Below are positions 18,940 to 28,197 of a DNA stretch of 51,576 nt, one piece after another. Source of the DNA: an uncultured Lachnospiraceae bacterium (GTDB lineage Bacteria; Bacillota; Clostridia; Lachnospirales; Lachnospiraceae). Made by a program: the position numbers and the translations under genes. Every line of letters begins with the position of its first letter. Position 1 is the stretch's first letter. The stretch lies in contig CAMOJW010000001.1 in assembly GCA_946617225.1 (NCBI GenBank), positions 1 to 51,576 on the forward strand, in the 5' to 3' direction. Under the pieces are notes generated by a model. The model had not been told where the DNA came from and made no database searches. It was given only the letters and a program-made list of their open reading frames with translations.

Positions 18940-20349
18940 ATGAAAATCTCTGTCATTACTTTTCACAACACAGCGAATTATGGCGCCACACTGCAGTGTG
19001 CGGCGCTTTCCGGCTGTCTGGCGCGGATGGGTCATGACGTGTCTGTGATCGACTATATGCCGGGCTATGTGCGGGACAAAAGAAGCGCCTTCAGGGAATT
19101 GAGAAAGGTCGGTGCTGCAGGGAGAAAAGCCAGGGCACTGGTCAAGGGACTGGCGTATCTGCAGTTCTTCCGTGACATTCAGAAGAAGAACGAGCGATAT
19201 GACAGATTTATTGCCGCCCATCTTCAGACGACCCGCACTTATCGCACGGAAGCAGAGCTGCGCGAAGATCCGCCGCAAAGTGACCTCTATATCTGCGGGA
19301 GTGACCAGATCTGGAACCCGGCTCTGACAGGCGGCTCCTTTGACGAGGCATTCTTCCTGCGTTTCGCGCAGGGAGAGAGAGCTGCGTACGGAGTGAGCAC
19401 GGGGGAGCTCCGGATCGAAGAGCGCGCGGCAGAACTGAACAGGCTGACGGAGGGATTCAAAGCTGTTTCCGCGCGGGAGAAGGCTACAGCTGACAGACTG
19501 GCGGCGATACTGGGCAGGCCTGTCCCGGCAGTTTTGGACTGTACGCTCCTTCTTGACAGGAAGGACTATTACGAGATGGAGGAGCAGACGGAGAGTGTCA
19601 GGGAGCCGTTTCTGCTTCTGTACAATATCCAGAATTCCGACATCAGTGTATCCATCGCCCGGACTGTCGCGGAGCAGAGAGGGCTCTCCATCGTGGATAT
19701 CTCCCCCAACCCTTTCAGGAAGATCAAGGGGACCCGCAAGATGACGGATATCGGGCCGGGAGAGTTCCTGGATCTCTTTCACCGCGCCTCTTATGTCGTC
19801 ACGAATTCTTTCCATGGGACGGCTTTTTCCGTCATCTATGAGAAACCCTTCATCGTTGTCCCCCACAGCACGCGGGCAGCGCGGATCCTCAATCTGGCGG
19901 ATACCCTGGGGCTCCGGGACCGGATCGCGCTGGAGAGCGGTTACAGGGACCCCGGGCCGGTGGACTATGAGGCGGTCGGGAACAGGCTGAGGACACTGCG
20001 GAGAGCCAGCATGGATTATCTGCGCGGGATCCTGGGAGAGCCGGAGAGTGTTTCCGATCCCGATGAGCAGACCTCCGGAGAGGAGAGAGGGAACGCATCC
20101 GGAGAGGCACACGGAGGGAGACACGGGGAGATCCCGCAGCTCACACGGCAGAGGGTCCTCTGCTGCGGCTGCGGCGCCTGTGCCGATATCTGCCCTCACG
20201 GGGCGATCGGAATGAGAGAAGATGAAGAGGGATTCCTCTATCCGTTCATCGACAGTGAACTGTGCGTAGGCTGCCGCATGTGCGAAAGAGTATGCTCCTT
20301 TAAGAAAGATCTTGCGGAGGCGCTGGGCTTCGGCCCGGAGGCGGACTGA
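18940..20349 (+). CDS. Polysaccharide pyruvyl transferase family protein fused to a C-terminal 2x[4Fe-4S] ferredoxin domain
   Basis: ITFH...NYGA.LQ, GSDQIWN, SARE and TNSFHGTAFS motifs, then CCGCGACADICP and CVGCRMCERVC; start ATG 18940. Confidence 0.9.
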   Translation: MKISVITFHNTANYGATLQCAALSGCLARMGHDVSVIDYMPGYVRDKRSAFRELRKVGAAGRKARALVKGLAYLQFFRDIQKKNERYDRFIAAHLQTTRTYRTEAELREDPPQSDLYICGSDQIWNPALTGGSFDEAFFLRFAQGERAAYGVSTGELRIEERAAELNRLTEGFKAVSAREKATADRLAAILGRPVPAVLDCTLLLDRKDYYEMEEQTESVREPFLLLYNIQNSDISVSIARTVAEQRGLSIVDISPNPFRKIKGTRKMTDIGPGEFLDLFHRASYVVTNSFHGTAFSVIYEKPFIVVPHSTRAARILNLADTLGLRDRIALESGYRDPGPVDYEAVGNRLRTLRRASMDYLRGILGEPESVSDPDEQTSGEERGNASGEAHGGRHGEIPQLTRQRVLCCGCGACADICPHGAIGMREDEEGFLYPFIDSELCVGCRMCERVCSFKKDLAEALGFGPEAD

Positions 20350-20378
20350 ATCGGACCCTTGACAGGAAGGACGGCATC

Positions 20379-21323
20379 ATGTCGGAGAGAACCGTATATG
20401 CTGTAAAACTGAAAGATCAGGAGCAGCTGATGAGCAGTTCCTCGGGAGGAGCCTTCACGGCTCTGAGCGACGTGTTCCTGGAGGAAGGGAATGCCGTCGT
20501 CTGCGCGGTGTATGATTACATCAGCCACCGGGTCCTGTTCCGGATCGTCGATTCCCGGGAGCAGAGGGACCTTGCCAGAGGATCCAAGTATCTGCAGGCC
20601 GAAATGGGGTCCGTCTACAGGGACAGTGTATCCTGGCTGGCCGGGCATCCGGAAGGCAAGCTCCTGTTCTTCGGTCTGGGATGTCAGGCGGCAGCTTTTC
20701 AGCGCTATATGGAGACCGCCCGCTGCGGGGACAGGGTCGTCACGGCGGATATCATCTGTCACGGTGCACCGAGTCCGCGCGTTTGGAGGGACTATGTACA
20801 GACAGTTGCCCCGGAAGGAGGTCTGACCGGCGTCAATTTCCGGGACAAAAAGACCGGCTGGGCGCACTCTGTGGGAACGGCGGTCGTCAACGGAGAGGAG
20901 ATCTCCATTCAGGATTACCGCAGGCTGTATTCCTCCCGGAATACGATCCGCCCCAGCTGTTTCAGCTGTCCCTATACAAAGATGGACAGAGGGACGGATC
21001 TGACGATAGGAGATTTCTGGCACATCGAGAAGTCTATGCCCGATTTCAATGATCCGAAGGGAGTCTCCCTGGTCATCCTGCACACCGACAGGGGCAGAGA
21101 ACTGTTTCAAAAAGCATCCGGGGCACTGGAATACCGGCTCAGCAACGAACGGGAGTGCTGGCAGCTCAATCTGGAAAAGCCCACCGCATGGCCGGGCTCC
21201 AGGGACCGGTTCTGGAAGGATTACAGGGACAGAGGCCCGGCATATGCCATTGCCGGGTACAGCAGGAAGAAGACGATGCCGGCAAGAATCATGGAAGGAA
21301 TATCCAGAGTCCTTGGCTCGTGA
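20379..21323 (+). CDS. Coenzyme F420 hydrogenase/dehydrogenase beta subunit (FrhB)-like protein lacking its own N-terminal ferredoxin
   Basis: SSSGGAF, RGSKYLQ, GLGCQ, DIICHGAPSP, RPSCFSC and DLTIGDFW. Confidence 0.88.
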   Translation: MSERTVYAVKLKDQEQLMSSSSGGAFTALSDVFLEEGNAVVCAVYDYISHRVLFRIVDSREQRDLARGSKYLQAEMGSVYRDSVSWLAGHPEGKLLFFGLGCQAAAFQRYMETARCGDRVVTADIICHGAPSPRVWRDYVQTVAPEGGLTGVNFRDKKTGWAHSVGTAVVNGEEISIQDYRRLYSSRNTIRPSCFSCPYTKMDRGTDLTIGDFWHIEKSMPDFNDPKGVSLVILHTDRGRELFQKASGALEYRLSNERECWQLNLEKPTAWPGSRDRFWKDYRDRGPAYAIAGYSRKKTMPARIMEGISRVLGS

Positions 21324-21347
21324 TGCCGGACGGATGGAACAGAGGGA

Positions 21348-22760
21348 ATGAGCAGAGAAACAAAACTGGTAAAAAACACATTCATACTGGGGATAGGCAC
21401 TTTCCTGCCCAAACTGGCGGCGTTTGTGACCCTCCCGATCCTGACGGCCTGCCTCAGCAAGGAGCAGTTCGGGACCTACGATCTGATCACGGTCCTGGTC
21501 AGTTTCCTGCTTCCGGTCGCCACGATGCAGATCCATACGGCGGCTTTCCGCTTCCTGATCGACCACAAACATGATAAGGAACTGGCAAGCGTCTATTTCA
21601 CCAATCTGATCGCATTCGTCGTCCCGGTCTCGCTGACAGTCCTCGCGATCACGTTCTTTTTCCTTCCGGTCCCGGATCTCTCCCTGAGGCTCTGGATCTG
21701 CGGGTATCTGTTTTTCGACACCATAGTCGCGGAAGTCCTGCAGATCACGAGAGGGCTCGGACGCAACATGGACTATTCGATCAGCGCGATCATCAGCGCG
21801 CTGGTCAAACTGATCCTGACTTTTGTGCTGGTCCAGCTTCTGAAACATGAGCTGCGCGGAGCAGTCATCGCGCTTGCCTGTTCGCCGGTGCTGTCCCTCA
21901 TCTATCTGATCTTTAAGATCCGCATCTATGAGCTTCTGGACTTCTCTCTGCTCAGCTGGGACGTGCTGAAGGAGATGCTGGCTTATTCCTGGCCCATGGT
22001 CCCCAACAATATGTCCGGCTGGGTCATGAGGATGTCGGACAGGCTGGTCGTCATCGCGTTCATGGGTCTGCCTGCCAACGCCGTCTATTCGGTGGCCAAC
22101 AAGATCCCCAACATGCTGACGCTGGCGCAGACCGCCTTCTCCATGGCCTGGCAGGAAAATGCAAGTATCGCCTCCCGGGATGTCGACGCGGGCAAGTACT
22201 ATACGAAGATGTTCTCGGTGATGCTCAATTTCTACGCAGGGTGCCTGGGCCTGATCATAGCCTGCACACCGATCCTGTTCAGGCTGCTGATCAGGGGCGA
22301 TTACGCGGAAGCGTATCCGCAGATGCCTCTGCTGTTCCTGGCCGTGTTCTTCTCCTGCATGTGCAATTTTCAGGGAGGGATCTATATCGCCCATAAGGCG
22401 ACCAGGAGCGTTGGCATCACCACGGTCCTTGCCGCCGCATGCAATCTCATCGTGGACCTGTCGCTGATCAGGCACATAGGCCTGTATGCCGCCTCCGGCT
22501 CCACGCTGGTCAGTTATGTCGTATTATTCATATATCGGATGATCGGTGCCCGCAGGCTGGTCGATATCCGGTATGATTTTAAAGGACTGGCGGTCGCACT
22601 GGGAGTGATCCTCGTGGAGGCTTTCCTGTGCTTACTGAACAGGCCGGTCCTGAATATCGTCAATATCTGCTTTGGATGCCTGTCCTTCTATTTCCTGAAC
22701 AGACAGATCTCTGCGTCCATGTTCAAACTGGTGAAGAGGAAACTGCGGAGAAGAGGCTGA
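21348..22760 (+). CDS. Wzx-type polysaccharide/teichoic acid flippase (MOP superfamily)
   Basis: LVKNT..LG.G, LP.LT..LS...FG, SDR and about 12-14 hydrophobic segments. Confidence 0.88.
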   Translation: MSRETKLVKNTFILGIGTFLPKLAAFVTLPILTACLSKEQFGTYDLITVLVSFLLPVATMQIHTAAFRFLIDHKHDKELASVYFTNLIAFVVPVSLTVLAITFFFLPVPDLSLRLWICGYLFFDTIVAEVLQITRGLGRNMDYSISAIISALVKLILTFVLVQLLKHELRGAVIALACSPVLSLIYLIFKIRIYELLDFSLLSWDVLKEMLAYSWPMVPNNMSGWVMRMSDRLVVIAFMGLPANAVYSVANKIPNMLTLAQTAFSMAWQENASIASRDVDAGKYYTKMFSVMLNFYAGCLGLIIACTPILFRLLIRGDYAEAYPQMPLLFLAVFFSCMCNFQGGIYIAHKATRSVGITTVLAAACNLIVDLSLIRHIGLYAASGSTLVSYVVLFIYRMIGARRLVDIRYDFKGLAVALGVILVEAFLCLLNRPVLNIVNICFGCLSFYFLNRQISASMFKLVKRKLRRRG

Positions 22761-22761
22761 G

Positions 22762-23592
22762 ATGCGATCGAACAGAATGACTCCGGAGGAATACAAGGGC
22801 ATCATCAAAGAACTGCTGGGCGAGTTCCACACATTCTGTGTTGAGAACGGACTCAGATATTTTGCGGCGTTCGGGACCCTGATCGGAGCGGTCAGGCATA
22901 ACGGGTTCATACCGTGGGACGACGATATAGATGTCTGCATGCCCCGGGACGACTATGAGAAACTGCTTTCCATGACCGGGAAGGGGGACCTCCCTTTCTA
23001 CACTCTGTCTGCGGAGGGACCGGGATATTATTACAATTCCTTTGCCCGGTTCTGCAGCAGAAAGGGATATCTGCGGCTGAACGGCGTGATCGATATGGAT
23101 GATCTGGGGCCTTTTATCGACATCTTTCCTCTGGACGCGGTCCCGGAGGACAGGGAGGAGAGACTGCGGCACTACAGAGAAGTGGAAGAGCTCGGCATCA
23201 TGCTGAGATACTCTCTTCCCGCGCGGTATTATCGCAGCCTCCCTATGAAAAAAAGGATCAAAATGAGCGCCAATCTGCCCAGGAGATGGAAGGCGCTCCG
23301 GGTGGGGACAGAGACTCTGAAAGCCAGACGGGAAGAACAGCTCCTTCGGTATCGGGATACGGACACAGAGCTTCTTTCCTCTACATTTGACCTGCTGTCA
23401 GATGCCCTGCTGGTCAGGAAAGAGGAGGCCGCGCACATCGAACTGCATCCGTTCGAGGATATCGAGGTATATATCCCCTCCGCCTATGATCCGATCCTGC
23501 GGCGCTATTACGGCGACTATATGGAACTGCCGCCGGAGGAGGAACGGGTATCCCGGCATCACTTCACACCCTATTGGAGAGAGGAAGCATGA
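22762..23592 (+). CDS. Second LicD family phosphotransferase
   Basis: GTLIGAVRHNGFIPWDDDIDV, FIDIFPLD and YGDYMELPPEEERVSRH. Confidence 0.9.
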   Translation: MRSNRMTPEEYKGIIKELLGEFHTFCVENGLRYFAAFGTLIGAVRHNGFIPWDDDIDVCMPRDDYEKLLSMTGKGDLPFYTLSAEGPGYYYNSFARFCSRKGYLRLNGVIDMDDLGPFIDIFPLDAVPEDREERLRHYREVEELGIMLRYSLPARYYRSLPMKKRIKMSANLPRRWKALRVGTETLKARREEQLLRYRDTDTELLSSTFDLLSDALLVRKEEAAHIELHPFEDIEVYIPSAYDPILRRYYGDYMELPPEEERVSRHHFTPYWREEA

Positions 23593-24977
23593 TCCAGACA
23601 GCTGACAACAGTATATACGGACGGTTCAAAAGAGCATTGCCCATAGCCGCGGCCGTCCTTCTGGGCTATCAGATCCTCTGCTCGATGTTTTCGGGGATCA
23701 TCGGGAACGATCCCTATTATCGGATCGGGCAGGTCACGGGAGCGGCTCTTATGATCTCCGCGTGCGTGATCCTGGCGATCGATCCCGACGCCAGAAAAGA
23801 AGCCCGCGCCGTCTGGTCGGGATACCGGAGCTATGAAGGCATCTTCGTGGTCGGGATACTGGTGTGGTTCCTTCTGACCTGCACGCTCAGGCAGGTGCTC
23901 AGCGGTGATCCTTATTTCAAATGGAATGAGCGGACGATCTACATCACCTTCGTGGTGTCCCTGATCGCTTTCCCGCTGCCCTTTCTGTGGGACATCAGCA
24001 GATCCAGAAAGGTGATTGACCGCATCCTGCACCCGGCAGCCGTCATTTACACGGTCTTTTCGGCCTGGTGCGTCTGGAATTATTATCACAAAAACTATGT
24101 GGTCTTTCCCACCGGCAATGCCCTGGGGATGAGATCGCCCGTCTCCATGGAGATGGGGATCAACCGGAATACGACCGGAGCCTATGCCTGCGTGATGCTG
24201 GCGATCTGTCTGTACCTGTTCTTCACGGTGGAGTCTGCCCTGAGGTACGCCTATATCCCGGCCATTCTGGTGCAGCTCTGTGTGAGCATCCTCGCCAATT
24301 CCCGGACGACCACCTTTACGACATTTTTTATGGTCGTGGTCGTGATATTCATGTGCGTGTGGAACCGGCTCGCACGGAAGGGAACAGCTGTAAGGGCGTC
24401 TGTCAGCGGCCTGACGGCGCTGGCAGGGGGAGGGGGATTCTTCCTCCTCAGAAGAGCTGTATTCTATACGCTCGATCTGGCCATCCATTATTCGGAGGAT
24501 GCCAGATCCTTTGAAAGGAACATGTCCAGCCTCAGCGGAAGAGTGCGGGTATGGATAGGCGCTGTCAGGACGATGTTCTCCAGTCCGGGCAGGTTCCTTC
24601 TGGGTGTCACACCGGGCAAAGCAGCGGACACCATGTATCAGGTGGGACAGTTCTCCAAGAGAATGCTGCACGCCCACAACGTGATCCTGCAGATGGGCGT
24701 CGCCTTCGGTGTCCCCTTCATGCTGCTGTTCATCGCCTTCCTGCTGTGCCTCGCCCGCAGGAGCCTGCGGCTGATGTTTGCGGAGAACGGGACCGGCGTC
24801 AGGAACGTGTGGATCGTGCCGCTGACGCTACTGGCCATCGTGTCGACGGATATGATGGAAGCTTTTTCTGCACTGCGGTATTACTACTATATCACGCCTG
24901 TTTTTTACCTGTTCTGCGGATACGTGGTGGCTCTGGACAAGGCAGGACGCAGAGAACAGAGCAAGGCAGACGTATAG
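23589..24977 (+). CDS. O-antigen ligase/Wzy_C family membrane protein (TacL/WaaL-like ligase or polymerase)
   Basis: Multi-pass TM protein with NSRT, LSGR..VW and HAHN..LQ motifs; ATG 23589 overlaps the licD stop. Confidence 0.82.
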   Translation: MIQTADNSIYGRFKRALPIAAAVLLGYQILCSMFSGIIGNDPYYRIGQVTGAALMISACVILAIDPDARKEARAVWSGYRSYEGIFVVGILVWFLLTCTLRQVLSGDPYFKWNERTIYITFVVSLIAFPLPFLWDISRSRKVIDRILHPAAVIYTVFSAWCVWNYYHKNYVVFPTGNALGMRSPVSMEMGINRNTTGAYACVMLAICLYLFFTVESALRYAYIPAILVQLCVSILANSRTTTFTTFFMVVVVIFMCVWNRLARKGTAVRASVSGLTALAGGGGFFLLRRAVFYTLDLAIHYSEDARSFERNMSSLSGRVRVWIGAVRTMFSSPGRFLLGVTPGKAADTMYQVGQFSKRMLHAHNVILQMGVAFGVPFMLLFIAFLLCLARRSLRLMFAENGTGVRNVWIVPLTLLAIVSTDMMEAFSALRYYYYITPVFYLFCGYVVALDKAGRREQSKADV

Positions 24978-25058
24978 AGCAGAGCAAGACGGGCACATAG
25001 AGCGAAGAGAGGAAGCGGGGAGAGGACCGGCTGGAGCGGCATAAAGAGGAGATCCGGG

Positions 25059-27995
25059 GTGAGCAGAGGCAGAGAGCATAACAGAACATCGCTCTTAACG
25101 GGGATCCGGGGGAGTCTGTCTGAAAACAGCCCGCGGAGGGGTTTTTATCTCCTTTTCACCGTGCTCTTCTGTCTGGTCACACCGCTGGTGTTTCTCCCGT
25201 TCATCCTCTCCGGGAAGTCCCTGATCTGGGAAGGGGACGGCTGGAGCCAGCACTTCAAGGCGCTGGTCTATTACGGGGAGTATCTCAGAGAGATCCTCAA
25301 GACCCTGGTGAAGTCTCATAAACTGCTGATCCCCGAGTGGGATCTCTGTCTGGGAGAAGGCGGGGACATCGTCAACACCCTGCACTATTATGTGATCGGG
25401 GACCCCATTGCGGCATTCTCCGTTTTCGTTCCGACCCGGTTCATGCACCTGTTCTATTCCGTCTCCTGTGTGTTCCGGATCTATCTGGCGGGTCTGGCTC
25501 TCTCCGCACTGTGTTTTTACACGGGAATTAAAAACAGGTGCGGCATACTGGCAGGCGCGTTCTCCTACATGTTCTGTTCGTGGACCGTCTTTACCGTGTC
25601 GCGGCACCCGTATTTTCTCAACCCTATGATCTGGTTCCCGCTGATGATCCTGGGTATGGAGAAGGTGATCCGCAGAGAGCGGCCGTATCTTTTTGCCCTC
25701 ACGGTGATGGGTTCCGCTCTGAGCAACTTCTACTTCTTCTATGTTATCGTGCTGCTGGCTGTCGTGTATGCGGCGATCCGGCTGCTGTTCCTGTACAAAA
25801 AGGATATCAGGGGAACAGCCTGCGCGCTCCTGCGCCTTGCGGTCCCTGCGGTGACGGGCGTCATACTGGCGGGCGTCATCCTCCTGCCGATCCTCATGAC
25901 CTTCCTGCAGGACTCCAGGAGATCCATCCAGATCCCGTGGAGCCTGTTCTATCCCCTGGCGTATTACAGCAGCCTGCCCGCTATGCTGCTCACCCGAGAG
26001 AATCTGTACTGGCTGTGTCTCGGTCTGTCCGCGCCGGTCATCCTGTCGGTCTGTCTCCTTTATGTCCGGAGAGGGAGTGCTTTTCTGAGAACGCTGCTCG
26101 TCGTCTGCCTGGTCATGAGCCTCCTGCCCGCAATGGGCAGGATCATGAACGGAATGTCCTATGCTACGAACCGGTGGAGTTGGGTCATCGCTCTGCTGGG
26201 AGCCTATGTCCTGGCTGAAGAATGGGACTCTTTGATTCGGATGAGCGCGGAACAGTGGAGACGGACAGCGGGCTGTCTCGCGGTCCTGTTCGTTCTGTGC
26301 CTGCTGCCGGAGACCTCGAGAACTGTCGAAACGGCTGCCGCCGTCTGCCTGCTGTTCATAGCAGTGATCGTTCTCAGAGGAGCCGCAGGGACCGCACACA
26401 GAGTGCAGACGGCCCAGATCCTGCTGGCCCTTCTGGTAGTTGTGAATGCCGTTTTCATGGAATACTGGAGCTACAGCGAGAGCTCCCCGACCTACCTGTC
26501 CAACCGGGACGCCGCCATGATGCTCCATAAAAATGAGGCTTCCCTGGTGCGCAGACTGTCTGACGATCCGTATCCCAGATATACGGGGCGCTCACTGACC
26601 ACCAATGCGAATATGCTGGAGCAGGTCTCCTCCACCCAGTACTACTGGTCCAACAGCAATCCCTATGTCTCCGCCTACAGGGAGGAGATGATGACCAGCG
26701 GATCGATGCAGCAGAAGTTCGAGGGCTATGATGACAGGACAGCGCTGATCGCATTATCGGCGGTGGACCTGTATGTGAGCGGGTTCCCGGCGGGGGAGTT
26801 CCTGCCTTACGGTTTTACCAAGATACAGGAGGACAATCTCCTCTATACGGAGCAGCAGGCGGCGCTGGACAAGCTGAAGAAAGAGCTGGGCGTGCAGGAG
26901 CTGACGGAAGAGCAGGAGGGCAAAATCAAACAGGCCCTGACCAGGACTTTCCACGTATATGAGAACCAGTATGCTCTGCCGCCAGCCTATTGTTATGACG
27001 CCTATATTCCCCGGGAGAGATGGGAAGCCCTGGATGCGGTACAGAAACAGCAAGTGCAGCTGGAGGCGGTGTATCTGGAACAGGAGCCGGGCCCGATGGA
27101 GGAATACAGCGGGACGGTCGGAGATCTCAGTGTGCCGTATGAGATCAGCGCTTCCGGGCAGGAGATCACGGTGACAGACGGGAGGATCGTGACGACGGCG
27201 CCCGATCAGAAGGTCACCATAGTCCTGGAAGGCAGGGAGAACGCGGAGACGTATATAGCCCTGGAAGGGCTGGATTTCAGAGAGACGCTCCCCATAGATC
27301 TCTACTCGGAAGACACCGGCGTGGATCCGCGGCAGCTCTACAATCGGACGAACTGGGACCTCTTATCGCCGGAAAGAAAAGCGGAACTGAGGAAAGAGAG
27401 ACTGTACCATACGCCCGTGGGATCTGTGTCCCTGCAGTTCTCCAAAGAAGGAGGGGCAGAGAGGTCGATCACCTACCTGACACCTTATGACAGTTTCACG
27501 TCAGGGAAGCATGATTACATCGTCAACATGGGCTATCAGGAAGAGCCTGTCTCATCGGTAACGGTCACGTTCCCGGAGAGGGGCGTCTATACAGTGAGCT
27601 CTGTGAAGGTCTACTGTGTCCCGATGGACGATTATCCGGAGCAGGTCACAGCCCTGAAGGAGAGCAGTCCGGAGGACCTGCAGATTGGGACAGATACAGT
27701 GTCAGGGGAGATCACCAGGGACAGACCGGGGCTCCTGTGCGTGGCCATCCCGTACTCCGCGGGCTGGAAGGCCTGTGTGGACGATATGCAGACAGACGTA
27801 CTGCTCGCGAACGGGCATTATCTGGGCGTCCCTGTGCCGGAGGGGACCCACAGGATCACGCTGCATTACGACAGACCTTACAAGACGGCAGGACTGCTCC
27901 TGTCCGCGGCGGGGCTGGCCATGCTGGCGGTTTTGATCTTGTTTACAGAGAGAAAGATCCGGAACCAGACGAAGCGAGTTTCAGAGAGTGGATGA
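25059..27995 (+). CDS. YfhO family GT-C membrane protein
   Basis: GDGWSQH, YYVIGDP, HPYFLNPM, SNFYFFY, NRW and C-terminal IPYSAGWKA.VD...G.H.ITLHY plus a terminal TM helix. Confidence 0.9.
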   Translation: MSRGREHNRTSLLTGIRGSLSENSPRRGFYLLFTVLFCLVTPLVFLPFILSGKSLIWEGDGWSQHFKALVYYGEYLREILKTLVKSHKLLIPEWDLCLGEGGDIVNTLHYYVIGDPIAAFSVFVPTRFMHLFYSVSCVFRIYLAGLALSALCFYTGIKNRCGILAGAFSYMFCSWTVFTVSRHPYFLNPMIWFPLMILGMEKVIRRERPYLFALTVMGSALSNFYFFYVIVLLAVVYAAIRLLFLYKKDIRGTACALLRLAVPAVTGVILAGVILLPILMTFLQDSRRSIQIPWSLFYPLAYYSSLPAMLLTRENLYWLCLGLSAPVILSVCLLYVRRGSAFLRTLLVVCLVMSLLPAMGRIMNGMSYATNRWSWVIALLGAYVLAEEWDSLIRMSAEQWRRTAGCLAVLFVLCLLPETSRTVETAAAVCLLFIAVIVLRGAAGTAHRVQTAQILLALLVVVNAVFMEYWSYSESSPTYLSNRDAAMMLHKNEASLVRRLSDDPYPRYTGRSLTTNANMLEQVSSTQYYWSNSNPYVSAYREEMMTSGSMQQKFEGYDDRTALIALSAVDLYVSGFPAGEFLPYGFTKIQEDNLLYTEQQAALDKLKKELGVQELTEEQEGKIKQALTRTFHVYENQYALPPAYCYDAYIPRERWEALDAVQKQQVQLEAVYLEQEPGPMEEYSGTVGDLSVPYEISASGQEITVTDGRIVTTAPDQKVTIVLEGRENAETYIALEGLDFRETLPIDLYSEDTGVDPRQLYNRTNWDLLSPERKAELRKERLYHTPVGSVSLQFSKEGGAERSITYLTPYDSFTSGKHDYIVNMGYQEEPVSSVTVTFPERGVYTVSSVKVYCVPMDDYPEQVTALKESSPEDLQIGTDTVSGEITRDRPGLLCVAIPYSAGWKACVDDMQTDVLLANGHYLGVPVPEGTHRITLHYDRPYKTAGLLLSAAGLAMLAVLILFTERKIRNQTKRVSESG

Positions 27996-28005
27996 GGAGA
28001 AACGC

Positions 28006-28143
28006 ATGGACAATACTGTGAATATGCTGATCTGCATACTTGCCCTTCTTGTCGGTATTCTGATCGGTCAGCGGTACAAAAGATGGAAAGAGGACAGGGA
28101 ACGGAGAGATCAGGAAGAAGAGAGCAAAAAGAAGAAAAAATGA
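28006..28143 (+). CDS. 45-aa single-pass membrane protein (absent from the ORF track)
   Basis: GAGGAG RBS then ATG 28006; translates MDNTVNMLICILALLVGILIGQRYKRWKEDRERRDQEEESKKKKK*; ends right at the terminator. Confidence 0.7.
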   Translation: MDNTVNMLICILALLVGILIGQRYKRWKEDRERRDQEEESKKKKK

Positions 28144-28193
28144 AAGAACGTCCCGGGCGCACAGACAGAGAGGTGCGCCCGGGACGTTCTTTT
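28143..28193. terminator. Bidirectional Rho-independent terminator
   Basis: Perfect 20-bp inverted repeat AAAGAACGTCCCGGGCGCAC (28143-28162)/GTGCGCCCGGGACGTTCTTT (28173-28192) between convergent genes. Confidence 0.9.
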
Positions 28194-28197
28194 CAGG

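Noticed and set aside
24950-25060. Purine-rich AGAGC repeats between the ligase-like gene and yfhO
   Set aside because: This looks like a short degenerate ~23-nt duplication of the gene end, with no symmetry or regular period.
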